The notes beneath the pieces are model-generated. The model searched no databases and was not told the origin of the DNA. It saw only the letters and a list, made by a program, of their open reading frames with translations. A stretch of 64,000 nt of DNA from Selaginella moellendorffii (taxonomy: Eukaryota; Plantae; Lycopodiophyta), in contig NW_003314318.1 of assembly GCF_000143415.4 (NCBI RefSeq), forward strand, positions 496,001-560,000. Reading direction: 5' to 3'. Each line of letters starts with the position of its first letter. Position 1 is the stretch's first letter. The position numbers and the translations under genes are program-made. This document shows positions 34,880 through 46,805 of this stretch, one piece after another.

Positions 34880-37616
34880 GATATATATACAATGACTTGA
34901 TTATCAATTGAACAACAACATGAGCAATACCTATATCATTACTATAAAGGCTTATGTGAGTATCAAGTGCCAACTCGATTCAGCAAAATATAACATAAAT
35001 GCCATACCCCATTAATAGAGATTTACAACACTCAACACCATTAACTTTTATTCACAACATAGACAAGTTTATGCCACTCTCTTTTTGACTAAAACTCAAT
35101 ACTAATCCAACACCAAGCTATTCAAAGAGTAATAACAAGGTTCCCCAAAAAAGAATTAAGTATTGTAGTCTTTAATAGCAAGTAAAATGATTTAGCATTT
35201 CACCACTATTCATCCCATAACTCACCATTTGTAAAACCATCATAACTAACATCCATTAAGATAAGGACTCTTGATTATATGATGTGAACATAAGTAATAA
35301 ATTAACACCTCATTGCAAATCATCTCTTGAGGAAGAGAAGATGATTTACGTGTTTAATCCTTTGTCCATAATGACTCTCTTTTCAAACTCAACTTTGATT
35401 AAACCTCCAATTTGCATTTGCACTGCCTTTAATCCAATCCAAGAAAAGTTTATAAGAGAATGCGGCAATGACTATTTGAATTAATAAATTAATCATTATA
35501 GTCTTGATTGATTCACTTAATCATGAAAAATAACCATATGTCTAAAGACAATGATACAAAACCCAAGTTTTAAGGCCTTGGGCCACTAAATGAAGAAATA
35601 GAGCCAAATTTCTAAGTTTGTAACCAATGAGTGAAGAAATTGGCACATGAAGTGACTCTTGAACATTTAGCCTAAAGAGTGAAGGGATAAGAGCACAGAA
35701 CGACTTAAAACAATCTTAAAGTGACCAACATCCTAATGCCAAGACCAACATACAAAATAAAGACAAATGGAGTAGCATTATTTCAACATATTAATGCCCT
35801 ATTGTGAGGATATGGGTACTCCATTAGTTAGCATGGTGTGGAACTTAGACTTAAACCTAAATTAAACGCAAAACAAAGATAGACACAAAAATTAAAGTTA
35901 GACTATGCTTTAAGTTGATCAGCTATGCCTAACCTATTATCCCTACTATACATTTGGAACCCTTTGCAGCTCCCCCCCACCCTCCCGCTAGGAACACATG
36001 CTTTAATCTTTCACCCTTAGTATAAGAAGTTAGTCTTTACGACAAATTTGAAACTTATTAAATATAGAATGGTGTTAGATTGCGAATTTGGATATGGGAT
36101 AAACACCATTGTATTTAGGACAATCTCTATATTCTATAGATATGCCAAATTAGCAAATCTACACACTTTTTATAAATAACAATTGAAACCGAATGCTGCT
36201 AACACAAGGTGTATGATAGCAAGGGTGTTTGACAAACATGGTAAGCTATCATTTAGTAAATATTGAAAGACCAAATTCAATATCACAGGGGTTCCCAACA
36301 CTAGCAAATGCAAGTCAATGACAAGAGTTTCTCAAACTAGGTTGAATATGCTTAGCAAGGAATATATAAGAGTTCCTACCCTATGTTTATTCAATTTAAG
36401 TACACGGCCATTGATTAGTTTCTCAACTAGCTTAAGTGGAGATTAATAAAAGATTTAGCAATACCAATTTCTTGCCGTCATGGCAGTAAGGAAAGAATAT
36501 CCAAAAGGACTAATTGACAAATAATTTTCGATATCCACAGTCACATTCGCGACATAAAATGTCTTGACTTGTTTGGCAACTTACAGCATTTTTTAAATAA
36601 CACCCTAATTCCACTAAAGACGTTTGATAGATACTTATACTAGAGTAGAAAGTTTCTTAAGAAGAAAGATTATAAATATAAAGCCTAAACCTTTTATCCT
36701 TATGAAGACTTTCATATTTAGAAGGGGAATACTTTCTTTGGAGCTTAACAAATACAAGAAAAATGTCTTACTTCAAGGATTTAGATTTCTTTCATGAAAT
36801 ATATAACCATATTCTCCAAGACACCAAAAAGGGCCAAAACATGGCTCATAAAATGTTTTTCATTAGTAGTAAGAGACTCTAGTGCTTGGCATCCTTAGGA
36901 GAGAATTACCTCCTTAGTTGAAAATTGAATAAAGAGAAAGAGCTGCAAATACTTGGCTAAAAAACAATAATCACACTATAGTTATAAATGCACTAGTGTT
37001 ACTAAGAAAATATTTCCTTTTACATTTCAAGAATTACAATAGTAATAATAACAATGCTATTGTTGAAAACATACCTTCTGCTGCTATAACTTATTTTCCA
37101 TCTCAACCACCCAAGAAAAAAATTTCTAGATTAAATATGTTGCACTTGCTCTTTTAAATATAGAAGGATGATGATTGTTTAAATCTTTTAAAGTAAGCAC
37201 TTTCTAACATATTCTAGGATATCAAGAACATTTGTCCTTAAAATAAAAGGAACACATAAATAATAAACACAAAGAATAGCAAACACACTTGATGCTCAAT
37301 TATAGAATTTTGAACTTGGAGCACCCATGTTCCATGAAGCCAATACTTTTTAACACTATTTTTTCAAAAGAGGAACAAAGGAATAGAAGGACAAATGTTC
37401 AAGAAGGAAATTTAATGGTAATTCATTCACACCACCACACTATTATATTAGATTTTGAAACTCTAATCTAATAGCTAAATTTAATGGTAACTTGTTCACA
37501 CCAGAAATAAACATTAAAGTAAGATAATGTTACAATTAGCATTTCTTTTGCATTTTTCACTAAAATCCTAATGCTACACTTTTGTAGCATTAAGATTAAA
37601 TTATTCCATAAATATT

Positions 37617-38230
37617 CTATAGGGCAATGCTGCGGCACCACTTGGAGCGCTGGCTGTGCTGCTGCTGCTTCTCCACACGCACAACCCTCCGATTTGCATG
37701 GATTGCCATCTTCTTTGACGACTCCTTGTGGTGGTGTTGGTGGTGGTGGTGGTGATTGGTGGCAGTGTTGTTGGCAGAGCTGTGATGGTGCTGCGGCACC
37801 ACAAGTGCCGCCTCTTCCTCCTCCCTTGGTCACTTCCACGACACGCCCATTCCGCTGCCTCTGCCGCTGCCCCCACGAGAGAAGTCTCTTAGGCTCGTCG
37901 GGGCTCTTGCACTTGTGCCCAACACCAGATTCCAGAGCATTGCTCAGCTCTGCCGTGCCGCTTGACGCCATCGCTGCCACCGTGGAAGCTCCTCCTATCA
38001 TCGTCATTGCCGCCGTGGCACTCCTCTCCTCTGCCGCTGCCGCTTTCGAGGAGGGGGGAGATAGAGGAGGTGGTGCGAAGAGGGCAAGGGAGATTGATGC
38101 GGATGGGGGTGGCTGGAGCCAAGATCTTCGTGATTTCTGCCACCTTTTGCTGCCGCTGCTGCTGCCGCTGCTGGCTTGAATCGGCCGCCCAAAGTGTTGA
38201 GAACAGGGCGGCCCTTGAACATGTTGGCGC
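37617..38230 (-). pseudogene. Broken GC-rich gene fragment resembling the N-terminal part of DUF1639 proteins
   Basis: LLSWGQRQRQR (compare L.WG.RKR.R) in one frame; KWCRSIAL* (start of the W.+.SIAL domain) in another; internal stop; abrupt GC-to-AT transition at about 37620. Confidence 0.5.
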
Positions 38231-39195
38231 CACTGGCGTTTTGAAAATACTTAAAATCCAAGACTGTGTTCCCTCCTCTTCTATAGAGATCTTTGTTTTT
38301 GCGGTGCCAGTGATCAAGGAAGTTCTTGCTTCGTGATCCATGGCTTCTCTCCCTCTCACACAAGGGAAATTTTGATTCCTTGTTTGTGGAATCCTCTCTT
38401 CTATCACATGCTCAACATTTCTGAGAGATGTGTTTCTAAATCACTTTTAGGTATAATTTAATGGCTGGTGTGAACAAAGCATTATTAAATTGACTAACTT
38501 ATTGGCATTATCTAAAGTTTTTATTACAAAAATGTAGTATTGAATAACATTAAAATTGTAAAAATTCTGGTGGGTGTAAAACCCTCCTGTATGTAGATGA
38601 TTGTATGCAAGTGTCCAATTAACCAAACACACAAAACCGTCTATATGTTATCTTACAATTTGTCTATAATTTGATCACTCCAGACTTGTCTTGATTAATT
38701 TTCTTTCTAGTCTTCTATTTTGTGAGCTTAACAAATGAAAAGGTGGATAATTTGGGTAAAATTGGATTCATAAAAACCCACGAATTGGATTCATAAAAAG
38801 GGTGACTAAATCCTTCTTGCATGACCTTTCATATTGGCACATGATGGCCATGAAATGAATCATACTATGGGGTCATGAACATGCCATTATTCATAGGTGA
38901 TATTCTAGGAATATCTGATCATGTACGTGCATAGACCTCGATTCAGCCATGGCACCTGGACAATGCCTGGTTATATGCAACCGCATACAACCATCCGCTC
39001 ACGGTTTTACGGCTGCTGGTGGTGAGTCGTTGGCAAAGAGCGCAAGGCCTCATTCATTTGCACGTTTTTTTGCCCTAGCAAAAGCCTGTCAAAAGTGTTG
39101 TACGATGGACGAAGTGTTCAACCGCATGGTCCTTGTGGGGTGTCGTGAAATGCTTTTATAGTCCTTCGTTCTCGTGCTTCAACGACTCTCTAAGA

Positions 39196-40359
39196 ATGTC
39201 TCCTCATCCCTTGGTCTCGATTTCGTTCCTCCTCCTGCTTGCTGCAAATGCAAATGCCGCCCTTCGGAGTACTATCACAAGTGATAGTAATCTGGATGGT
39301 GATGCAGGCATCAGAATGTTTGGCGACGTTGGCTCTGACCCTCCCAAATCCATCGACTGGAGAACTTTGGGAGCCGTCACACCTGTGAAAGATCGTAAAG
39401 GATGCCAGAGTAAGTCGGTTTTTCTCTCTATTTATGTTTTAGCCTGTGGTTTGGATGGAAAATCATGTTACAGATGGCAGCTGGGCATTCGCGACGGCAG
39501 AAGCCATCGAGGGAATCAACAAGATTGCGACTGGAGTGTTGGTGGAGCTGTCGGCGCAGCAGCTGCTGGATTGCTCCCGGAGCTACGGCAGCGATGGCTG
39601 CCACAGCGGGTTTCCCCAGAACGCATTTGCATACCTTGACGACACAAGGAATGGCCTCTCCACCGCATCAGATTACCGCTTCACAGGATTCAATGGCACC
39701 TGCCGAAAACACGTAAGTGCGTGCGTGCTCTTGTGTTTCCATTGTTTTTTACTAAAGTTGTGCTCTTCCAGAACCGCAACTCCGTAGGCATTGACAATTA
39801 CGACAATTTGTACGGCTCCAGCGACGACACTGACATCGTCAAGCAGGTTGCCAAGCAGCCAGTGACAGCTCTAATCGATGGCAACGCGCCGGAGTTCCTT
39901 CGCTACAAAGGGGTATGAGAAAAATCATTCGTTTTTGAAGGAAAACTCGCTGAAGCCTTTGAACTAAAAATGCAGGGGATTTACAAGGGCCCGTGCAAAG
40001 ACGACCAGGCAACTCCGTATCTAGCAGTGCTCATCGTCGGTTATGGATCCGAAAACGGCCAGGACTACTGGATCATCAAAAACTCGGCGGGGACAAGCTG
40101 GGGAGAGAAAGGCTACATGAGGCTGCAGCGTGGAAACCATGGCCTCCCACTGGGTCGATGCGGAGTGAATGGCTTCGTCTACTTTCCTGTCAAATCGAAG
40201 GTACCACCGCCGCCTCCTCGACCACCGCCATCACCCCCAGTTCCGTGCTCCAAGAGGATTAGCTGCGATCTTTCAGACTTTGAGTGCTGCCCTCCGAAGT
40301 CCAAGCCTATTTGTTGCCCTATATGGAAGAGATGTACTACCTCTGGATGCGCTGTTTAA
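39196..40359 (+). CDS. Secreted papain-like (C1A) protein lacking catalytic Cys and His, with Pro-rich linker and Cys-rich granulin-like tail
   Basis: Signal peptide; [17 protein letters not shown]; spliced RKGCQNGSWAF; LSAQQLLDC; [11 protein letters not shown]; [16 protein letters not shown]; 4 exons join in frame. Confidence 0.85.
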
Positions 40360-40733
40360 ATATGTTTCGGTGTGGTCCTTAATAGATGTTGATCCCATGA
40401 CTAAATTCCCTTGGAGAATCCACGACTTCCTAAAGCTCCAAGAAACGGAATTTAGCGTTCTGGAATTGCATAGCATTTGTTGAAATACGCTTCCCGTAAT
40501 GCCTTCAAACCAATGCTCCTAAAGCAACGAGGTTTTAAGCCTATAGACGTCCACATAGTGCTTCAAGGCCCCTCGAAAGAAGCCCTGAGCAACCTGAGAC
40601 ATCAAATATTGAATTGAGTCGAGTCAAGCAAAGCAATGTAGTTGCAAAGTAAAATTAAAAAGTGTATATCAATCAAGTGACAGATGTATCTGCAGAGGTG
40701 TCGATGTTTTTGTCTCAAGTCCCGGCATCCATG

Positions 40734-41028
40734 TCAAAAGAGAAGCAAGTAGACATCCTCCCCACAAAAATTCAGGTAGTTCCCATCTTGACCAGTGAAC
40801 TCGATGTCGTAATTGACATGGAAATCAATCAGATACTCGCTCGCAAGCCTGGTCACCAAGATCTGAACCTTACGCTCGCCGCAATTGGTAATCACCATCA
40901 TTACATAGAGCTTGGATTTCCAAGCGGCGAGGTAGATATCCTCGCCATCCTCGGGCAAGGCATAATACGAGAAAAAAATTAGTTGCGGTATCAAACTCTT
41001 CTTCTTGTTTAAAGGTTGACGCACGATG
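40734..41028 (-). pseudogene. Unassigned coding-like fragment
   Basis: About 100-codon ORF with protein-like composition, behind a telo-box; no family recognised. Confidence 0.25.
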
Positions 41029-41076
41029 GAGATCAAACCCTAAATCTATTTTACTCCGTCAATCCAACTTTTCTTC

Positions 41077-43227
41077 TTACGAGCCGTTCTCCGAGAAAAA
41101 AAATTGGTCCGCGACGCACAACAATCTCGCGACCTGTAAAACGCTCAATTCTACCACTCTAGATCTTGGCAATACCTCCTCTGGTAGCGGCGGCAAGCAT
41201 CGAGGATAATACTCGCTCTTTCCTACGTACAGTCGGTGCAAAGAGTAGCAAGCGCGAGCAAACACGAATCTAGCAGGCGAGACGGCGATTCTCAGCTAAG
41301 ATAGAAAACTCGAAGTGACAAACTTACCGGAAAAGGAGCTGACGAAGGAATGGATCACCCAAGACACGTCCCCAGGCAACGTTGAGGCTACCGGAAGAAG
41401 CCAGCAAGTTTCCCAATTCCAGTAGTGTGCTCGACACCATCTTTTCGGCCTGCTCGTAACTTCCCTGGAAAAGAAGAGGGAAAACGTAAGGAAGGAAAAA
41501 TGTTGACACCATTTTCAATCTTCCATACCTGCTGGAGCTCAGTGACACGCACATTTGTCATTTGGCAAAGAGCTTGCAAAGGCGCAGTGAGGAAAAAGGT
41601 GAAGGTGCTGCCTGTACCTGGGTGCTTTGCCGTGTATGGCTTTGCGGTTGGCGAAAGAAGTAACACCACTGGCTCGCCTCTTTCGTCACCGCACAAGGAC
41701 TGCAAAGAGTGACAAACCAGAGTAATGTTGTTTCCAAAAAGCATAAGCGAGGTACCTCAAATATGTTGCTAGCGTCACTGTCGACGACGATAAAAAGCGG
41801 CCTCCTTGTAAATGGAAGCAAGTCGCCTGGATAGACGTTGCTTCCTCGTCGTCCAAGCGATAAGCCAGTCGATCCATCAACTCGTCGCCTAGGACTGCCG
41901 GCAGAAACAGGAGTCTCTTCTAAAAGAGCGTCCGAGCGATCGGGGGATGAGTCTGTGCTTGAAGCCTCCTTTGAAAATTGATTAGAAACACCGCTCCTGT
42001 CATGGGAACCAGGACGGGATCTTCCTGAAAAGCAATCGAAGCACGAATTGATGTGTCACACAAGAAAATTTCGAGTACCTGCAGCTGACAGATACAGCAA
42101 TACTGCAGAGTCCGGAGGCACTTCCTCACAAGCAGTAGCTAAAACCTGCAAGAAAAACCATAAGCAAGAAACGCACGCACGAAAGAAATCACTTCTTACC
42201 ATAAGCAGCTGGTGAATGTTGGGACGATATAGAATGTATTTGTGAGGGTTGGCAGGAAGAGTCGGATCAGCTATATCCTGAGCAAGCAACCCTCCAGCAT
42301 TTGAATCCGTCGCGGACTTCATGCGATAGAAAGACCCGCTAGGCTCCCATTCCAAACATTGAAGCATTCTAAAGTTGTCCAGTGTCAGCTCGCTAAACTT
42401 CACCTGGCACCAGAAAGCATTAAAGTTACCACCATTCCGCCGCAGCAAAAGGAGTCAAACCATGTACCTCATTATGGAAATAGCTCACGAGAACAGCATT
42501 CTTGAGCCTCAGAGCTTTGTGTCCCTCCAACTTGGAGACACTAGGAAAGGAGGAAACTTGACCATCGAGAGCCGAGATGTATCGAATAGGCCTGCTCAGC
42601 TCAGCCAAGGAATCGGCCTTTAGAAAACGGACAATCTCCTGCGTGACGGTTTTCCATTCCTTGACATCACTATTCTGTAAGGAACAGCGAAAAGTAAGTA
42701 GAAAAATAAGGAACTTTTCAGGTATTTTTCCCCATGATCGATACCTGGAAAGAGCTCGAGTAGTCCTCGACGAGGATATGGAGTTGCCTGACAAGGCGAT
42801 TCACCATATCCCACCTGTTAAGTAGCAAACATATGACAATGAATCGAGCGAAGTATCTGAGCTGCTTATTCGCGAGCGTTATATCCTTGCCTGGTTCCTT
42901 GAAATACTCACGGCTGAGAATGGCCTCGTAGAAGATGTAAGACTCTTTCACGAAAGTAGCATCGCTCGTGCGGAGATAGTAGATGTAGTAGAGCTGCCCG
43001 ATCCGAGAGGCAATCTCGCCAATCTCCCAGCGCTTGAGCCCTGCCTCGACGAGCTTCTGGCGATTATCCTGCTGGAATTTCCACAGCTTGGTGTACACCT
43101 GGAATGCCTTGCGGAAGTAGAAATCCCACTTGTTCTGGCCGTAGGGAGGGAAATCTCGCAGCCGCGAGAACTTGTTGTAGGCCTTGTCGACGAGCGCGCG
43201 GTACTCCTCACACACGGACAGCGCCAT
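41077..43227 (-). CDS. SCAI: SCAI-family protein (DUF3550)
   Basis: YTKLWKFQQ.NRQKL...GLKRWEIGEIASRIGQLYY.YYLRTS, KFSELTLDNFRMLQCLEWEP, NPHKYILYRP, PFTRRPLFIVVDSD, FTFFLTAPLQA. Confidence 0.92.
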
Positions 43228-43512
43228 GAATGGAATCGATTCCGCCGAGCAGTAGCAGCAGCCGGCGCAGCGAAATCACGATCCATACCTCACTGCTGAT
43301 GATGTTTCCGTGGCGCCGTCGCTGGCGATCGCTCTGGTGGCGTTGTCGGCGGCACCTAGGTCGCGCGCCTTCATCGTCACCGCCAAAAACAAAATGCTCG
43401 CTTCTCCTCTCTGGAAAACAAAAACCCCAACCTCCGCCAAATAAATTCTTTGACCTTGGGTAACTTTCAAGGTAAAAGATAAAAACCCTTGCTTGAAGTT
43501 TTAGGGTTTATC

Positions 43513-43786
43513 ATGTCAGCGCGAAAGACAATGGAGTATTTCGTGGCGGCAGTGGTCTCGCAATTGAGGTATAAGTTTTGGGTAGCGATGATGTTCTTCC
43601 ATGGATTGATGAAAGATCTTTTATTTTTCCAGACAACGCGAAGGCGAGCTCCAAGGAGTGATGGATGTGCTCAAGCCCGGGCCTCTGGGAATCAAAGAAC
43701 TCCAATTTTCCGAGGCCGAAGTGATCAAAGCCCGGGCAGCCGTGAAGAGAGCTCGAGAGAACTGGGTAAAATCCTCGCAGCTATAG
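43513..43786 (+). CDS. Small spliced protein, about 69 aa, unknown function
   Basis: Exon 43513-43568, GT-AG intron, exon 43633-43786 gives MSARKTMEYFVAAVVSQLRQREGELQGVMDVLKPGPLGIKELQFSEAEVIKARAAVKRARENWVKSSQL*; telo-box just upstream. Confidence 0.7.
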
Positions 43787-43867
43787 GAAGAACTCGAGAA
43801 ATCCTCGTAGACAAAATTTGATGAAAAGAAGAAAGAAAGAAAAGAAAACTCACTCGCAAGAACTTGT

Positions 43868-45163
43868 CTAGCTGATCTCCAGGTACTCGATTATGTGCTC
43901 CGAGCTTTGAACTCCCAGCTTCTCGCCGGGAAGCGCTGTTCGCGAGATCAAATGCTGGAGCACACCCTCCATGCTTCGCATTTTTCCACCCACGGCCAGT
44001 AGTGAGCTCACCAGACCCGCCGTCTCTCCCAGATCTTCGCTCAAGTCGCGTGCTATCACCAGACTCGCGTATCGGATCTCTAGAATCGTCGAGATCCAGC
44101 GGATGATTGTTTGCAGCGACGGTACCAAGCTTTGATCCATCTCCCGAGCGTGGATCATCTTCGAGGAGAAAACCTCCAGCCACTTGTTGAGGTAACGAAG
44201 AAGTATCGAAACTTGAGAGGTGTCCAGCTCTTCCGAGACTATGGCGGTTAGAACAGCTTCATCGTGGTCGGCGCTGAGAAAGATGTGGAGGCACAGCTCG
44301 GACGCTGTGAATCTGTCGAAAGCAACAGCCAGGTTGACGCAAGCTGCCACATTGAGCGCCAGTTCTTCCCTTTTACGAGCTAGGAACTCCTCGGTTTGGT
44401 TTCCATCCGCGGAGATCTCCCCTCGAAGCCTCACAGCGTCCTGGATGTGGTTGGAGACGAGTTCATGCCAAACTTGCCGCTGGAGCTGGAAGAACTTGGC
44501 AAACTTCTTGCTGTTGGCGAGAAAGAGTTTCAGGATCTCCAACCACTGGGAAGGACGAATGTCACGGACGGAAAGAACGCAGAGAAGAACCAGCGGTACG
44601 TTGCCATCTTCCACAATCCTGTCGATGATCTCTGGATCCTCGTTGGAAGAAACCAATCCACACTCCAAAAGCGTCGCAACTGGATCCCAAAACCCGACAC
44701 TGACAGACCATCGTAGAACAGTGCTCACAAGTCTTCGACTGATTCCCCTGGACTTTTCCTTGAGCAAATTCCTGAGCTCCTGATCCTGGACTACCCGGTC
44801 GTTCACTAGGCCGGAGAATAGAAGACCGCCGTCACTGCTGCTACTGCTACTGCTGCCAAAATGTCTAAGATTCTGAAGATGATGTTTGAGCAGCTCTAAA
44901 ACTTTAGACTTGGAGGCTTTCGGAATGCTTGCCACGAGCGCCTCCTCATTACTCACCTTGGAAGCCAAAGCGCCGGACAACACCGCGATCTTGCGCAACG
45001 ACACATCTCCGATCTCCTGTGATTCGGCCCCACCATGGCTCGCATTCCACAGCGGCAGGAGCAGGAACGATTGCTCGCCAGCGCTGGCAGCAGCCCCGCG
45101 ATCCAGCGATCCCAACACGATTTCCAAAGAGGTGGGCACCGCGGGAGGAGGAGCGGCGGCCAT
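43868..45163 (-). CDS. Helical protein, NOL11/Utp8 C-terminal-like (possible t-UTP ribosome biogenesis factor)
   Basis: Intronless 431 aa; LLRYLNKWL, PSLQTIIRWISTILE..Y..LV and terminal HIIEYL resemble the NOL11/Utp8 tail; several telo-boxes upstream. Confidence 0.5.
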   Translation of the reverse strand: MAAAPPPAVPTSLEIVLGSLDRGAAASAGEQSFLLLPLWNASHGGAESQEIGDVSLRKIAVLSGALASKVSNEEALVASIPKASKSKVLELLKHHLQNLRHFGSSSSSSSDGGLLFSGLVNDRVVQDQELRNLLKEKSRGISRRLVSTVLRWSVSVGFWDPVATLLECGLVSSNEDPEIIDRIVEDGNVPLVLLCVLSVRDIRPSQWLEILKLFLANSKKFAKFFQLQRQVWHELVSNHIQDAVRLRGEISADGNQTEEFLARKREELALNVAACVNLAVAFDRFTASELCLHIFLSADHDEAVLTAIVSEELDTSQVSILLRYLNKWLEVFSSKMIHAREMDQSLVPSLQTIIRWISTILEIRYASLVIARDLSEDLGETAGLVSSLLAVGGKMRSMEGVLQHLISRTALPGEKLGVQSSEHIIEYLEIS

Positions 45164-45403
45164 AGGCACGGGGACTAAGAGCCCTAAAACCTAAACCCTA
45201 ATGCCGCGAACTAGCCGTTTTGGAAACCCTAAATGTTTGAATTCTAAAAGACAGAATATACCAGAGACGAAGGTGGAAATTTTTTGCCGCGAAACATGGA
45301 AGTAGCCGTTTTGAAAGCCCTAGAGTTCTTTCATACAACGAATAGGAATGCTACATGCTTTTCTTCTAAGAAAAGAAAGCTTCTTCTTCTTCCTTCTTTT
45401 TCT

Positions 45404-46165
45404 TCAAATCGTGGAGCCAGTTGTAGGGCCGCCCTTCTGTTCCACGCCCTGTGCCATGCCGCCATAGCCAGGCTCCTTGATCCTCGGCCCCATCCTCGCC
45501 AGCATGCCAGAATGGAGCGACAAAATGTAGAGGAGTTGCATTCCTGCCAGGATGATCGAGAACGCTTCGAGTGCTTTCTGCCAAAGAGAAAGATTCCTCA
45601 ATCCATCAATCGAAAGCACGGAATTCAAGGCCTTACCAGGCGCCTGTTGCGGTATCCACCGCGGAGCTGGATTTCCTTGCAAGCGAAACTGGGAAAAGAG
45701 ATCAATTCCGTCAAGAAACCCCGAGAAATCTCCCAAGACCAAGGCTCGATTCTTACCCGAATGCCAGGAGAGTGAAGAGCCAGGCAATCAAGGCGGAGGA
45801 AATCGCCGCGGCGAGGCTCTCGCTGCGCCACAAGCTGACATGAATAGCGCCGGCGAGTATCGATGCCAGGCCAAGAACGCCCGCGCCGAGGATGAAGAGG
45901 AGGAAGAAGGGCGTCGCCGCGTTCCCTGAGAGAGAAAGATCTCGGGGGTGAGCGATTGACAAGAATGAAAGAAAGATTTGGCAGCCTTACCGACGGGGAA
46001 CCTTGTGAGCGTTGTCACTGCGCCAGTCTGATTGACGATGTTCGCCTGGCTATAGTCGATCGCCTTGTTCATCGCCCAGCCCGCCAAGCCTAGCACCACC
46101 ATGTACATACAGAAGTTGAGGAAGAGGAGGAATGCCGCAACCGATCGTCCCGGTCCAAACGCCAT
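45404..46165 (-). CDS. AWPM-19-like ABA-induced membrane protein
   Basis: LLFLNFCMY..VLGLAGWA.N, GNAATPFF, WRSESLAAA.S, AFG|LACKEI, LKALEAF.IIL; 3 introns. Confidence 0.92.
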
Positions 46166-46465
46166 CTCGATTCGATTCTTCTTTGATCGATCGAAAGAGA
46201 AGCCTTGGTCGAGAGATGTCCTCGCTCCAAGGAAAAACCACCCTCGTTTTCTAGCTGTTGAGGAGGAGGAGCCGCCGCGAGGAACTAAAAACCAACGCCC
46301 CTTGGAGATGCTATAATGGAGAAGAGTCCACCACTCGAGTTTGGATTTATAGAAGAAATGGAGGCTGGAGAGATGGATGGCTGGATAGATGGATGCGTGG
46401 AGCGATGGATGCGCATCATGGGCCGCCTTTAAGAGCTTCTCTAGGTATGCATGGCGATGGGAGCG

Positions 46466-46495
46466 TAACACGTGCGCAGCGCGCTCCACGTGGCA
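46466..46495 (-). promoter_or_regulatory. Paired ABRE/G-box elements upstream of AWPM-19
   Basis: acacgtg at about 46469 and ccacgtggc at about 46486; TATA (tataaat on the minus strand) at about 46345. Confidence 0.6.
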
Positions 46496-46805
46496 CCATA
46501 CACCTGTCCCGCCCAGATTTGTAAAGAGAATATGCGCACCCTCCCCTGTTTTTAGGGTTAGGGTAAGCAGGATTAGATTCTCCGTACGGTTCTTTGTGGC
46601 TAGGGCACGAAACGCCGCGACAATGGCTCTCTTTTAGGGTTTTCTGGCAGGGGTAAACCCTGGAGTGGATGCGCGCTTGCGGCGGATGGATCCGCCACGG
46701 TGATCCTCGCATTCCTGCTGCTGCATTGTCACGGTAAATTGCGGGCGCGTGATTCTTCCTCGTCTTGTGTGGCGGATTGGATCGCTAGGGTTTTCGATCC
46801 AGGCG

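Noticed and set aside
32000-37500. Transposase or retroelement coding remnants in the AT-rich island
   Set aside because: No DDE, RT, integrase or helicase motifs could be read by eye; a translated HMM search is needed
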